A stretch of 64,000 bases of DNA from contig CM120640.1 in the NCBI GenBank assembly GCA_051362555.1, positions 57,576,788-57,640,787 on the forward strand. Reading direction: 5' to 3'. Shown piece by piece: positions 52,481 to 64,000 of the stretch. A model generated the notes under the pieces. It saw nothing but the letters and a program-made list of their open reading frames with translations, searched no databases and was not told where the DNA came from. Both the position numbers and the translations under genes were made by a program. How positions within the stretch are numbered: position 1 is the first letter of the stretch; each line of letters opens with the position of its first letter. The stretch comes from Lingula anatina. Taxonomy: Eukaryota; Animalia; Brachiopoda.

Positions 52481-55400
52481 ATAACACCCTTTATCACCTA
52501 CAAAAATAACAACAACAACAATTATAACATTGTAAGAAATATCTCATCAGATTCACCTGGTCCATCCATGCCAGCAAATTTAACTTCCTAAAATTTCTAG
52601 CTTTTGATGACAGGTATGAGAGATTTTTTCTATTCATTGATACATGTATTAGCTAGTTAAGGCATCAGAGTTACTAATGACAAAATAGGTAACAGAATGA
52701 GTAACAAAGTAAATCCTGGATGTTAACAGTTTTACCTCTCATCATCCCACTGAATTTTTGCAATTGCCAGGGGCCATGTTGATGGCAATTTTCCTGAATG
52801 GTATGACCTTGGAGGAAACAAGTTGGCTGACCAGAGCTATGAGAGACTCTGGGGAGGTGTTGTCCTGGCCATTAGAGTGGAAAGGTTGTGTTGTAGACAA
52901 GCACAGTACTGGGGGGGTCGGGGACAAGGTTAGTTTGCCCCTGGCACCTGCATTGGCCGCTTGTGGGATGAAGGTAGGATTTTTATGTATTTGAAATTAA
53001 AGGGATGACTACTGTTCATTTTGGCCAAAAAACTAATTTCCTAGGAATGAGCAATGATTATCCTTTACTTACCAATAATAAACAAGTCCACTCTGACATT
53101 TGAAGTCATTTTTTTCCTAAAAAGTATGTTTTTTTTTGTAATAGTCTCTTAAGAAATTATTACAGAGGTATAGCCATTATTAAGGTTCACAAGGTCTAAT
53201 GGCAAGTACATATTCCAGAATAATTGCAATAATTGCTGTTTTAATGGTAAAATGGAAATAATATTACTGTGAGTTATTTACTATGTATTTTTTGTGTAAT
53301 ATGAATCTCATACAAACATTTTTTTATCCCTTTAATAACATTTAATTTTTCAGTCCTCATTTAAGTTGATTCCATTAAAATTGCACATACATAATGGAAC
53401 ATTTTATTTATTGGTAAGACATTTTATACAGTTTACTACTCTCCATTCATTTCCAGGTTCCCATGATTTCAGGACGTGGGCTGGGTCACACAGGGGGGAC
53501 TTTAGATAAGCTGGAGTCAATACCAGGATTCCAGGTAATGATTGCATCTTCTGACATGCTTGAGATCCTGGAAAAGGTGGGCTGTTGCATTGTGGGACAG
53601 ACCAATACTCTGGTGCCCTCTGACCGTATTATGTACGCTACCAGAGATGTCACCAGTACTGTGGACAGTGTCCCTCTGATTGTAGGTAATGTTTTTTTTG
53701 TCATAAGCCTATTGCATGTCACAGAAATAGTGTGTTATTTTTTTTTTTTTGAAAAATTTGTCTTTAATTATTAGATGTTCATTTTCCCCCTATCCACAGT
53801 AAATAAGCAACCTTAACAGTTTTTGAGGAGTATATATGGCTGGCATCAAATTGTAGGTGGTGTAAAAATTGTTGACTCTTTTAATATTATTTTATTTCTT
53901 TTATTTTTTTACAGAGAACTGAAATTTTTTATCAAACATGTTTTTAAAATTAATGCATGTTTATGTTACATCATCTTATTTCATGCATTAAGGTTCAATA
54001 GTTTCCAAGAAAGCAGCAGAAGGTCTAGATGCACTGGTTTTAGACATAAAAGTTGGAAAAGGATCATACACCAAAAATGTTGAAGAAGGTCGTAAATTGG
54101 GTGGATTAATGGTAACTATAAGTGGTTAACAAGTATACATATCTGTGCATGGTACATGTGTCCAGGTCTTATCTAACATAGTATAATTTTTATGTAATTT
54201 GGGGGAATTATGCCAGCTTACTTTCAGTAAAAATATATCAGTTAAGTACAATTTAGTCTTGTTGACAATGTACATGTACTTGTAGCTCCACCTGTATTAT
54301 CAGTAGATTGGCTGATGTCTACGTGAGGTACTTATCAGTGTTGACTTAAAACCAGACTGTTTCCTAACGTATTAAAAAATGGAAATGATGATGGATGACA
54401 AATCTCATGAAGGATTCTAAGTTGTTTATTCATTTTCAATAGCTGCACAATGCTGTGAGAATTGTAATATATTCCTTCAGAAAAAAAAAGAAAAAAAAGT
54501 CATATTTTTATCCCCCCTCCCAAAAAAAAAACTGTTATGTTATTTTATGGAAATAATTGCAGCTTACTGCACTTTCAGTAAAAATATATATCAATTAAGT
54601 ACAATTTAGTCTAGTTGACAATGTAGCTCCACCTGTATTATCAGTAGACCGGCTGATGTCTACGTGAGGTACCAGACTTGTTTCCTAACATATTAATATA
54701 GTGGAAATGTTCTAATAGATCACATTATGTGATAGTGTACAATTATAGACCTTGATAATAGTTGTTTTGCAGATCTTAAAAAGTGATTATTTTGACTGAC
54801 TCACACACAAGGTTGATACTTCTTTTCTGCAAAACAATATATTGAAGTTTACAGAGTTGTTTTAAAATATTATGTAATTAACACCTGAAAATCTTCCTAG
54901 ATGAAAAATTGCAACAACACTCATCTGAAGTTGTTGCTGTCTGATTGATATGTTTCCTTTCTTCTGCTTGGTCAAATAATTGGCAATTATGTTGTTGAGG
55001 ACAATTTTATGGATGGTGTCATTGTCAATGTTATATTTAATATCAAACCTCAAATTCACAAATAGAAAGTCATAAACAGTGCTAATGGTGATTAAGAAAT
55101 GTCATTGCTGAAAAAAATGCATATGCCCAACTGGTGAACCATGTTTCACTTGACAGGTGTCCAGCTGTGAGAGCATGGGCATTAAGACAGTTGCCTTGCT
55201 TACCAACATGGATAGTCCACTGGGGAAGACCATTGGAAACAGTCTTGAAGTACAGGAAGCACTGGACTGTCTTCGTGGACAGGGTCCTGGAGACTTGAAA
55301 GAACTGGTAGTAAACTTGGGTGAGTTTTCATTTCAAAGTCATCAGTGATTTTAATGACTATCATTAATGTCTCTTTCCATTCCTAAACTTTGTACCTTAA

Positions 55401-58400
55401 ACAGTTTATAAAAAGCATACTAGTATATTGTTATCTTTCACTTGCATTTTGTTTATTTTATATATATATATATATATTATACTGTAGTTCCTTGGTAAGT
55501 AGCAACTTCTTTAAGATAAAAAAGAGGTTAAATTTAGCAGGAGGACAACTAGCAATATTTATTTTTTAAAGCCTTTTAATAATAATTCATTAAAGGTGTT
55601 TACAATAAACATAATCATACAGCACATAATTTACTCTAAAAATAAATGAATAAAAGTGAAATTACAAAGAGATAGAGGAAGATGGCTGAAGTAATATTAA
55701 ACAAGTTTCAGTGAAAAATGATGAACTAGTTACAAAAAGAAAGATAGCACAAGTATTTAAAACATTCATGGGGCCCTGTAGTTAAACACCATATAAAGGA
55801 TAATAAACTTTCTAAATAAACCACTGTGTAAAACATGTATGGTTGTTTCATTGTAATGTTTTATTTATTGTATTTTTTTTAACTGGACATCTTTTCAAAA
55901 TGAATAATACAAATTTTCTGTAACATATTTTTGTCTTTTGATGAAAGGGGCCCATTTGTTATATGCTGCACAGCATGTTTCCACAGTATCTGCTGGTAAA
56001 CTCAAAATGGAGGATGTAATCAGCAGTGGTGCAGCACTGGAGAAGTTTTGTGCCATGCTGAAAGCTCAAGGCGTAGCAGAAGAAGTTGCCGAGCAGTTGT
56101 GCCAGAAACAGGGGAATACCTCAAACATCTTGGCATCTTCCCATAATGTTACACCTCTCAATAGTGTGGAAGAAGGTATTTTATGTGTGATATAGTGCTG
56201 ATGAGGATAGGGACTAGAAAGAAACGCCCTCACACTCCTTTTTATGTACAGACACAGATGCGTCTGTACATATAGCCATAACCTGCGTCTGTTGTCGCCA
56301 TTGTCGCCGTTGCCCTGCACTTTTACCGATAACATGATAAGTGGAAAACCGTTTTTTCCTTTGGCTTGAAACTTACAGAACTGATGAATATTCATAATAC
56401 GCAGGACAAGTTTGAAAATCAGCATGATCGGGCCTATTTTGGGGAAGTTATGCTGTTTCTTCACTTTTTTCAGCATTTATGCAACACCGATAACACAATA
56501 TTTGAAAAACCGTTTTACCTTTTGGCTTGAAAATTACAGAACTGATAAATATTCAAAACAGGCAGGTCAAGTTCGAAAATCAGCATGATCGGGCCATTTA
56601 TATGGAAGTTATGCAGTTTTTTCACTTTTTTCAGCATTTATGTAACACCGATAACACAATATTTGAAAAACCGTTTTACCTTTTGGCTTGAAACTTACAG
56701 AACTGATAAATATTCATAATAGGCAGGTCAAGCTCAAAAATCAGCATGATCGGGCCATTTATATGGAAGTTATGCAGTTTTTTCACTTTTTTCAGCATTT
56801 ATGTAACACCGATAACACAGTATTTGAAAAACCGTTTTACTTTTTGGCTTGAAACTTACAGAACTGATGAATATTCATAATAGGCAGGTCAAGTTCAAAA
56901 ATCAGCATGATCGGGCCATTTATATGGAAGTTATGCAGTTTTTTCACTTTTTTCAGCATTTATGTAACACCGATAACACAGTATTTGAAAAACCGTTTTA
57001 CTTTTTGGCTTGAAACTTACAGAACTGATGAATGTCTATAATACGCAAGTCAAGTTCGAAAATTGGCATGATCAGGGCCTTTTTTTAAAGTTTTGCTGTT
57101 TTTTCACTTTTTTTCAGCATATATGCAACACCTATAACACATTTTAAGGAAAATCGATTGGCCAATTGTCTTGAAATTCACAGTAGTGATCAGTGTTACT
57201 GAAATACAGATTAAGTTTTGAAAATAAGCTTGATCAGTAAAGGTTTGGTGAAGTTATACCTTTTTTTGTATATAATTGTTTTTTCCTCAAATTTAATTCT
57301 CAGGCATGTTAACAGTCTCATTTTTGAACTAATTAGATATGTTAAGTTGTTCTTTTGACATTTTCTGCATCTTAACAACATTGTTAGTTGATTATATAAA
57401 AATGATGGTAAACCTGATATTGTGTATTGCGTAAAAAGTGTCAAAAATGGGGAAAAAAACTCATATCTTTACAGTTTGTCAGATTCAACCATTCACTATG
57501 TTCAGAATCTCAGAATGGAGCAAGTTGGACATTTATAATTGTGCTATTGATATGTTTGCTTTGACAACATATTTTTTGATTGATCATATAAAAATGACGT
57601 AAATTGATTATTTTGCTTTATGTAAAAAAGGTGTTGAAAATGGAAATAAACTCTTTCAATACAGTTTTCTCTTGTTTACATTTTGGGATTTTCAAAGTAT
57701 GACTCTGAACTCTATGGGCCAGTCACATTTTCTGAATATCCATGATACTTTTATTTTATTATTAAACAATTTATGGTTATTATGCTGTTAAGCATTGTGT
57801 AATATTGCATCAAAATTGAACAAAACCCTATTCTGGGCACTTGCTCTTCTCACACTTACAGGAAAGAAACATAGGACTGAAATACAGCTTCAGTGGAAAA
57901 ATTGTCTCATTAGTTAATTGTTTGGAAGTGATACAGGTTTTTTTTGTGAAAATTTTTATCTTTTACATGTTGCAATTTTCAATGTGGGACTTAGAGCTCC
58001 CTTGGGCATGAAGCCCAGTGGTAATCAAATTTTCTTAATGTCCATGTTTTTAATAGTAGATATTTTAAAATTGGTGGTATTTAATTAGTTAATTATTATG
58101 AAATGTTGCATCAAATTTGACAAAAACCCTACTTTGTGCTCTGCCACCATTAATATTATGTAAAGTAAAGTGTTACTTTCTATTTTTTTAACTATTCTTA
58201 CAAGAATGATTCCTAGGATTGACATACAGCTCATATTAGAAAACCAGCTCTATTGGATTATCATTTTTATCAAATTTATGCATTTTGAAATTTTCATTTA
58301 TCTCATTCTGGCACTTTCTAATTGTAAACTTGAACTCTGATGGGCCTGAAGCCTTATGCTTTTACTTTCATCAATGTTACCTGTTGTGCATAATTAAAAT

Positions 58401-60167
58401 TTGATGTTGACTGTGCAGTTAAACATAATGTATTATTGCATCAGAATTGGCAGTCTCCTTTTTTTTTTCTTTTTTTTTTTTTGCGCATTATTGTTTTCTG
58501 CTTTTCTTAAGGTGTGACTTATGGGCCTGAAGACCTTTGATAGACAAATTTGTGTGGTCAGTCTGTAAAGTCCCCTTGGGTATTCACTAGGCTAAGTTCA
58601 GTGTTATAAACTCATTTGCCTAATTAAGTGGCCATTAAATGAAATTTCATAAAGCACACTTGTTGATAGTTCCCTGTAAACTCCCAAAGGTTAAGCTCTC
58701 TGCTAGATAACATAGTGTCCATAATAAGGAAGCAGTGAATAGCAGCTTCATTGGGATTATATTTTTGTTGTTTTCTTTTTAATTTTTTTCTCCAACACTG
58801 GCATTTTTAAGGTGTGACTTTTAACTCTCATCCACCTGAGGCTCTTCACATTTTCAGTATTTCCACATAAGCAGTTGTATTGGTATTTATGTCTTTAAAC
58901 ACGCTGTAATATTATTTTATGCACTGTCATCATTTTTCATATATGGGGACTTTCATCATGTGAATTTTAGCTCTCATGGTCCTGAAACTGTAATCTTATT
59001 GAAGGGGTGGATTGAAACCATCTTCTCAGTCTCCTGGAAGACAGTCAGACTTTAAAGTTTATATGAACGGGTTTCTGTTGGGAGACCATCAAAATGGAGG
59101 ATGGATCAACAAAGATACTTTGGAATACTGTCAGAAAATATCTCAGGGTCCGCTCCTGTTATTGACCATGTTACCTGTTGTGCATGATTAAAAATCAGTG
59201 TTGACTGACTGTGCTATTATAAGCATTATTTATTATTGCATCAAAATTGACAAAATGACCTATTTTGCATTTTTTTTCTGTTTTTTTTTTGTCTGTACAT
59301 TTGACAGCTTTGCTGCCTTGTTACCATTAGAATAGAGGCTACATATGATAGAAGGATGTATGCATATTTGCTCCCTCTTCTGAATGAATCATTATTATAT
59401 TGCAACATTTTTTAGGCAACATTTTTTTGTTATGTTGAGAAACTTAAGACCATCTTGAAAGTTGATATTGTAAGATTGTAAGATTGAATGGTTGTGCTAC
59501 GAATGTATTAGTTGAGACAAACACATTGTTGCTCAGGTTGGGTTGCTGACATAGATGCACTAAAACTGGCTGAGGTGTCTGGTGAATTGGGAGCTGGCAG
59601 GAAGAAGGCGGGGGATAAGATCAACTTTGCAGTGGGCATACAGCTCTTGGTACAAGTGGGAGACAGGATTGAAAGAGGTATGTTGGAATTATCAGCATGG
59701 GATACAAAGGGAATGAAACATTTATTATTAATTATTGTTGAACCTTAATAGGCATTCACCTGATTCATTATAACTACAGTCTAGGTCATTTGTCTTCATC
59801 AGACTTACAGTTTGATATTTAAAAGCTGTACTCTCATATTATCTGCTTGTTGCCTTTTAAAACATCATATTGCATACATTCCAAATTTCTAAAACTTCCA
59901 TTGTTCTTTATTATTTAGCTTTGATGCTGTTGCTATCTTTAATTTAACATGTTAAAGTATTTACTTGACTAGAGGGAAAGTTGTTTTTAAACACCCAATA
60001 TATTTATTTTTAACTTTTTTATTTAAGGAAAACCTTGGGTGGAAATTCATCACGATGAACCACTTGGAGAGAATCAGTTGAACAAAGTCCAAGCTGCTTT
60101 AAAAGTTGAAAATGAACCAGTCAGTAGACTCTTGGTTTTGGACATTGTCACAAGCCAGTCAGCTTAG
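46804..60167 (+). CDS. TYMP: Thymidine phosphorylase, ~449 aa
   Basis: Exons 46804-46930, 52771-52973, 53457-53685, 53993-54111, 55157-55319, 55948-56175, 59537-59677, 60028-60167 (1350 nt, in frame). Motifs: [57 protein letters not shown]. Confidence 0.95.
47315..48663. repeat. ~1.35-kb palindrome (inverted duplication) in a TYMP intron
   Basis: Arms are reverse complements from AAGGTTGCAC (47315) to GTGCAACCTT (48663), centre ~47955, with scattered mismatches and indels. Confidence 0.92.
48135..48310 (-). pseudogene. Decayed Tc1/mariner transposase fragment within the palindrome arm
   Basis: Minus-strand translation [22 protein letters not shown] resembles the (W)FQQDGATPHTS second-Asp motif. 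Confidence 0.6.
49110..49841 (-). mobile_element. Penelope-like retroelement 3' fragment (GIY-YIG endonuclease + pLTR)
   Basis: [43 protein letters not shown] [MITE insertion] [26 protein letters not shown], followed by a CTGATGA hammerhead-like core. Confidence 0.85.
49842..51983 (-). mobile_element. Degenerate, 5'-truncated L1/Tx1-like LINE (RT)
   Basis: Frameshifted RT motifs [52 protein letters not shown]. Confidence 0.88.
52010..52098. mobile_element. Short MITE family (ACAATTTAGTCTA termini)
   Basis: Inverted termini, with related oppositely oriented copies at ~54245-54350 and ~54598-54672. Confidence 0.55.
53001..53331. mobile_element. Kolobok-like MITE (second copy)
   Basis: TTAA|AGGGATGA...TATCCCT|TTAA, internally similar to 28857-29189. 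Confidence 0.75.
56239..59322 (+). mobile_element. HINE/Helentron-associated element with a 161-bp tandem array
   Basis: Same 5' hairpin and 3' end (GTCTGTACATTTGACAGCTTTGCTGCCTTGTT) as 40892-43157. Confidence 0.78.
56320..57200. repeat. 161-bp satellite-like tandem array, ~5.5 copies
   Basis: TTGGCTTGAAA recurs at 56361, 56522, 56683, 56844 and 57005. Confidence 0.92.
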
Positions 60168-61094
60168 CATATGGAGCAGTGGCCAGGATGTGTGGGACTC
60201 TCTTTCATTAAGATGGACCCAAAGAAAATGACAGGAAAGAAGATAGGTCCAAAGATGCCTATCCTACAATACTAATTTTTTGTTGAAATATTGTTACAGT
60301 TGTAGTATCCCAGTTTCAGGAGGTGACTTAAACTTGGCAATACACATTCATCACGACATCTTGTATTGTAAAATCTGTGTATTGATAGAAATTCAAATGA
60401 CATACATTTAAAGGATTTGATATAATATCTTTACAGTTCTTTTCATTTACACTTACAGAATATATGACTTTGCCTAACTCAGATTACTGACAGTTAATGT
60501 TATGTTTGACAGAATGGTCTGTCACTTCTGCCAACAATTGATTTCACATAACTTAGCTTTCAAAAAATTCTATAAATTGAAAATGTGCCCACTAAATATT
60601 TTGTGTGTATATACTAAGAAGTTAGTATTTTACCTTCTTAATAATTTGCATTATATGTCAAACAAAGCAGAGTGGGGTTAGCGATGAAGAAAATCTAATT
60701 CTATTTTTTTTAAAAAGTGAAAATGTTTTAGTCTACTATATGTAAATGCCCTACTTTAATAAATCATTCCTCTCCAGTTTATGATCTTTACCTTGTTTAA
60801 GTACATATAAAAGAAAATAAGTTTTTGATTCTTTTTTTCAAAGGCATGTTTTGCATATAAAATGCTTTTCAAATGTTTACGTCTTCAGTGTATTTTCATT
60901 AAAAAAACATAGCTTCCTTTACTCTAGTGTAGCATTCAAACTACCATTTACAACTTCAGCTTGAGAGCACCAGTTGAAAATGTCTAATATAGTAGAAAAT
61001 AGGTCCTATTCAATGTGCTTTGTTTGGAAAGTGGGCACGTGATTGGATGTATTTTGGAGGTCTCTTTGCTCGTGGCAGTCAGTTTTATGAGAAG

Positions 61095-64000
61095 ATGGAG
61101 AAACTTATGAGGTACCTGACTTTCCTCATCACCCTCAACAAGTCTGGTGAGTATCTTAATATGAAAAAATTCTACAGTCCAACATTTGGCAAGTTTCTCA
61201 ACAAGAAACATTCTGGTCATATAGCTTACCTAATTGGTACAAGTTTGGCAAAGCTTATAATTTTACCATTTTGAACAGCAATAGAGATGGAGTGTGAATG
61301 AATGCCTCAGGTCTAGTATAAATAAGCATTGTGTCAGGTATTTGCCTTTCCATTCAAATGTTTTCGATCCCTTTTAACCCTAGTTTGTTTGGGGCAAGCA
61401 GCAATGTTTGCAATAGGTAACCGTTATGTATGATGACTTTTAAATGTGTGCTAGCATTAGTAAAAAAACTTTTTAAAATCTGACATTACTCCAAATTATA
61501 CACATTTTACAACCCCATCAAATAATTGTCTTTAACCCAGTGCTATTAGCCGTTAATGCTATTGATTTTGTACCAGTTATGTGTGGGAGAATGTAAAAAG
61601 ATATTGATTTTCAATTTTCTTCAACGATTTTATTCACTATTCAGATGGGAAATAAAGCATAAAAGGCCTTACAGGGTACATTAAGGTACATAACATGAAA
61701 CATATACGTAAGTATTTTCCCCCGGTTCTAATGTTTATATATCTTTGCCATTCAAAGAAGCTGGATTTTTTGTAGATTGCACACAGTATGGGTGCCTGAT
61801 TGAATCAGTTAATTATGAATAATTCTTAAACAAATTAGTGAAAGATGCATTTAATATAATTATTGCTATTTCAGTTATTTCTTTCAAAGTATGGTCCCCA
61901 CCCCTTGTGATATCTTCTGTTGGAAATAGTGCTGTTTTTACATGCACACATAATCAGAGTGAGGAACTGATGTTAATTACTTGGAGAAGACACTCAAACT
62001 CTTATGGAGACCAAAAAATTCTGGATTATTCACCTAATACATCAAATGCAAAAAGGGTCCAACAGTATATTCTTGCCAACAGGGTAACATTTTCTGAGCC
62101 TCCTATTGTGGATGGACAGAAAGAGACAAGCTTGACTGTGGCAAATTTGGATTGTCTTGATGAAGGCAAATATGAGTGTGATATACGACTGTTTCCTAAG
62201 CCTACAGATGGGAATGCATTTTCAAGGCTAACTGTACAAGGTGAGTTTAGACAGATTTTGTATACTTGTGTATAATCTGACATGCTACAATTACTACCAT
62301 GATATTTTGTTTGTAATTGTTCTCGCCAAACTTTAAGATAATTCACTAAAAGATAATTCAATGTACTTATCATTTCAGTATTTTTAGAGAAAATAAAATC
62401 ATATTTTTGACATTTTGATTTCTTCATTCAGTGAAAGGTAATAAAATATTGTATCTTAAAGAAACTGCAAAATCTTGTAACTGAATGGCTTCTGCAGTTG
62501 TGCATTGAAGTGAATCATTCTTGTAAGGATGACTGGTGCAAGTATGGTAAGAAAGGTTAACTTAGTTGGTCCCTCAATTTGCACGCTCCACCTGCCTTAC
62601 TCCTGTGTAAATAATCAACTGACCCTTTAGTCTCACCACCATTGTAGGGGAATATAATGAATTAATTTTTGTCTGATGATAAGCAACTTACAACACCATA
62701 ATGTAATTAACCCCATATATGAATTTGTTTAGACCAGTGGTTAAAGAAGACAACAATATCAGAGCACCAAGAGGGGAGAGTTTAAGATAATTACAGAATG
62801 ACTTAGAGAATGCATGACTTGTGAGTTAAAAAGAAACCTGCTGGTGGTGTTTCTTAGAGGCCCACTCATTACATCCTTTTATGATTAGCTACATGATTTT
62901 TCACTTGCAGATCTAATAGAATTATATTAAATAAATATTACCTATTAAAGTTATTTAGACAGGATTTTCATCAAAATGTCCTGTTTGATTCAAGGTCATA
63001 TGGTACATGCAATAATCTTTGGTTCAGCTACATGTACATGTAGGTAGATTTCAATCATGCAATAATCCATCATGTATGTAATACTTGGAGGGATGAAAGT
63101 AAACCCCAAGTGTTGTTCCAGCAGTGCATTTCATTTATTGTGTTTCTGTGCAGTCATTAAAATGACACGGAACATGTTTTACTGTGCTGTGTTTATGCTG
63201 CAGTAAATGAAAAGCCCTAACAATAGTTATGGCTGTTATTGTTCAGAGGCCATTATAAGTCTATGTGACAGTTCTATGTCTCCACCAAACTGTACTGTTA
63301 TGTATTTTCTCAAGTTATTACTATATCAAAGGCTGTTATTGTTTGTTAGTTGCTGTAGATATTGATTGTTTATTTCTGTTTGCTTTGTTCAAATTAAGGT
63401 ACAGGTGGTAGCCATAATACACAAATTGCTAGATTCATTGAAAATCCAACATATTTACACTGTTTAATTGGTGATGACTAATCTGTTAAAAGAGCAAAGG
63501 AACATTATGATTATCAAAGGCATAAAACATTAAATATATTGAGTAACGTACATTTTGGGTATAGTGCAGTACATGTATAATTATAACAGTTTAGTACTTA
63601 AATATGGCATCATTACAGAATAAAAGAAATTGAAAAAAAAGATAACTCAAATAACTGCACATAATTACATTTTATAGATAGGAAACCATAATTTGAGAGA
63701 CGGTAACACTTGAGTTTTAAGTTAATGGTAGTGTTATTTAATAGCAAATTTTTCTTGTTGGGTTCTGTTTTGGGAAGGTATTTTCATAATTGCAAAGTTA
63801 AATATTATTTGGAGGTATTTATTGCTCTTTGTCCATCTACAAGTATCTCAAATTATCCAGTAATGATTGTATATGGTATGTTAAACCCTGTAGTATTTCA
63901 TCTATCTTGATAAAATATTGTTCCATTGTCATTTTCAGTGGCCCCCAGTAAACCCACACTAGAGGCAACATGGATTCAGGAAAAAGTCATCAAATTAATC
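61095..64000 (+). CDS. Ig-superfamily protein (signal peptide, V-set domain, second Ig domain), nectin/CD200-like; partial
   Basis: Phase-1 exons 61095-61146 (MEKLMRYLTFLITLNKS), 61875-62240 (AVFTC..ITW..SLTVANL..DEGKYEC.IRLFP) and 63939-end (VAPSKPTL..). Continues beyond the window. Confidence 0.75.

Noticed and set aside
56320-57200. Regular array resembling CRISPR
   Set aside because: Whole 161-bp monomers repeat with no unique spacers, there are no cas genes, and the context is eukaryotic.

Overview
AT-rich, intron-rich animal genomic DNA, probably a marine invertebrate (lophotrochozoan-like; species not determinable from sequence). Six spliced genes were reconstructed by hand from GT-AG sites with consistent phases. 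(1) An atypical synaptotagmin (+, ~7056-10932). (2) PWP1 (-, 24007-13107). (3) A secreted coiled-coil + MAM-domain gene nested antisense in a PWP1 intron (+, 16745-19392). (4) A GluN1-type NMDA receptor subunit (+, 28327-38526). (5) Thymidine phosphorylase (+, 46804-60167). (6) The start of a nectin/CD200-like Ig gene (+, 61095 to window end). Mobile DNA includes a PIF/Harbinger element with both TIRs between the head-to-head PWP1 and GluN1 genes, an L1/Tx1-like LINE with a nested Penelope fragment, two Helentron-associated (HINE-like) elements with ~160-bp tandem repeats, and several MITEs. The most notable signals are: the GluN1 has Ser at the pore N-site and a remodelled glycine pocket (D732E-equivalent, SG(F/Y)->ERL); the nested MAM gene has an angiopoietin-like layout; and a 1.35-kb palindrome in a TYMP intron is centred on a pair of Penelope-type minimal hammerhead motifs. 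All homology calls come from motif recognition, not database searches.
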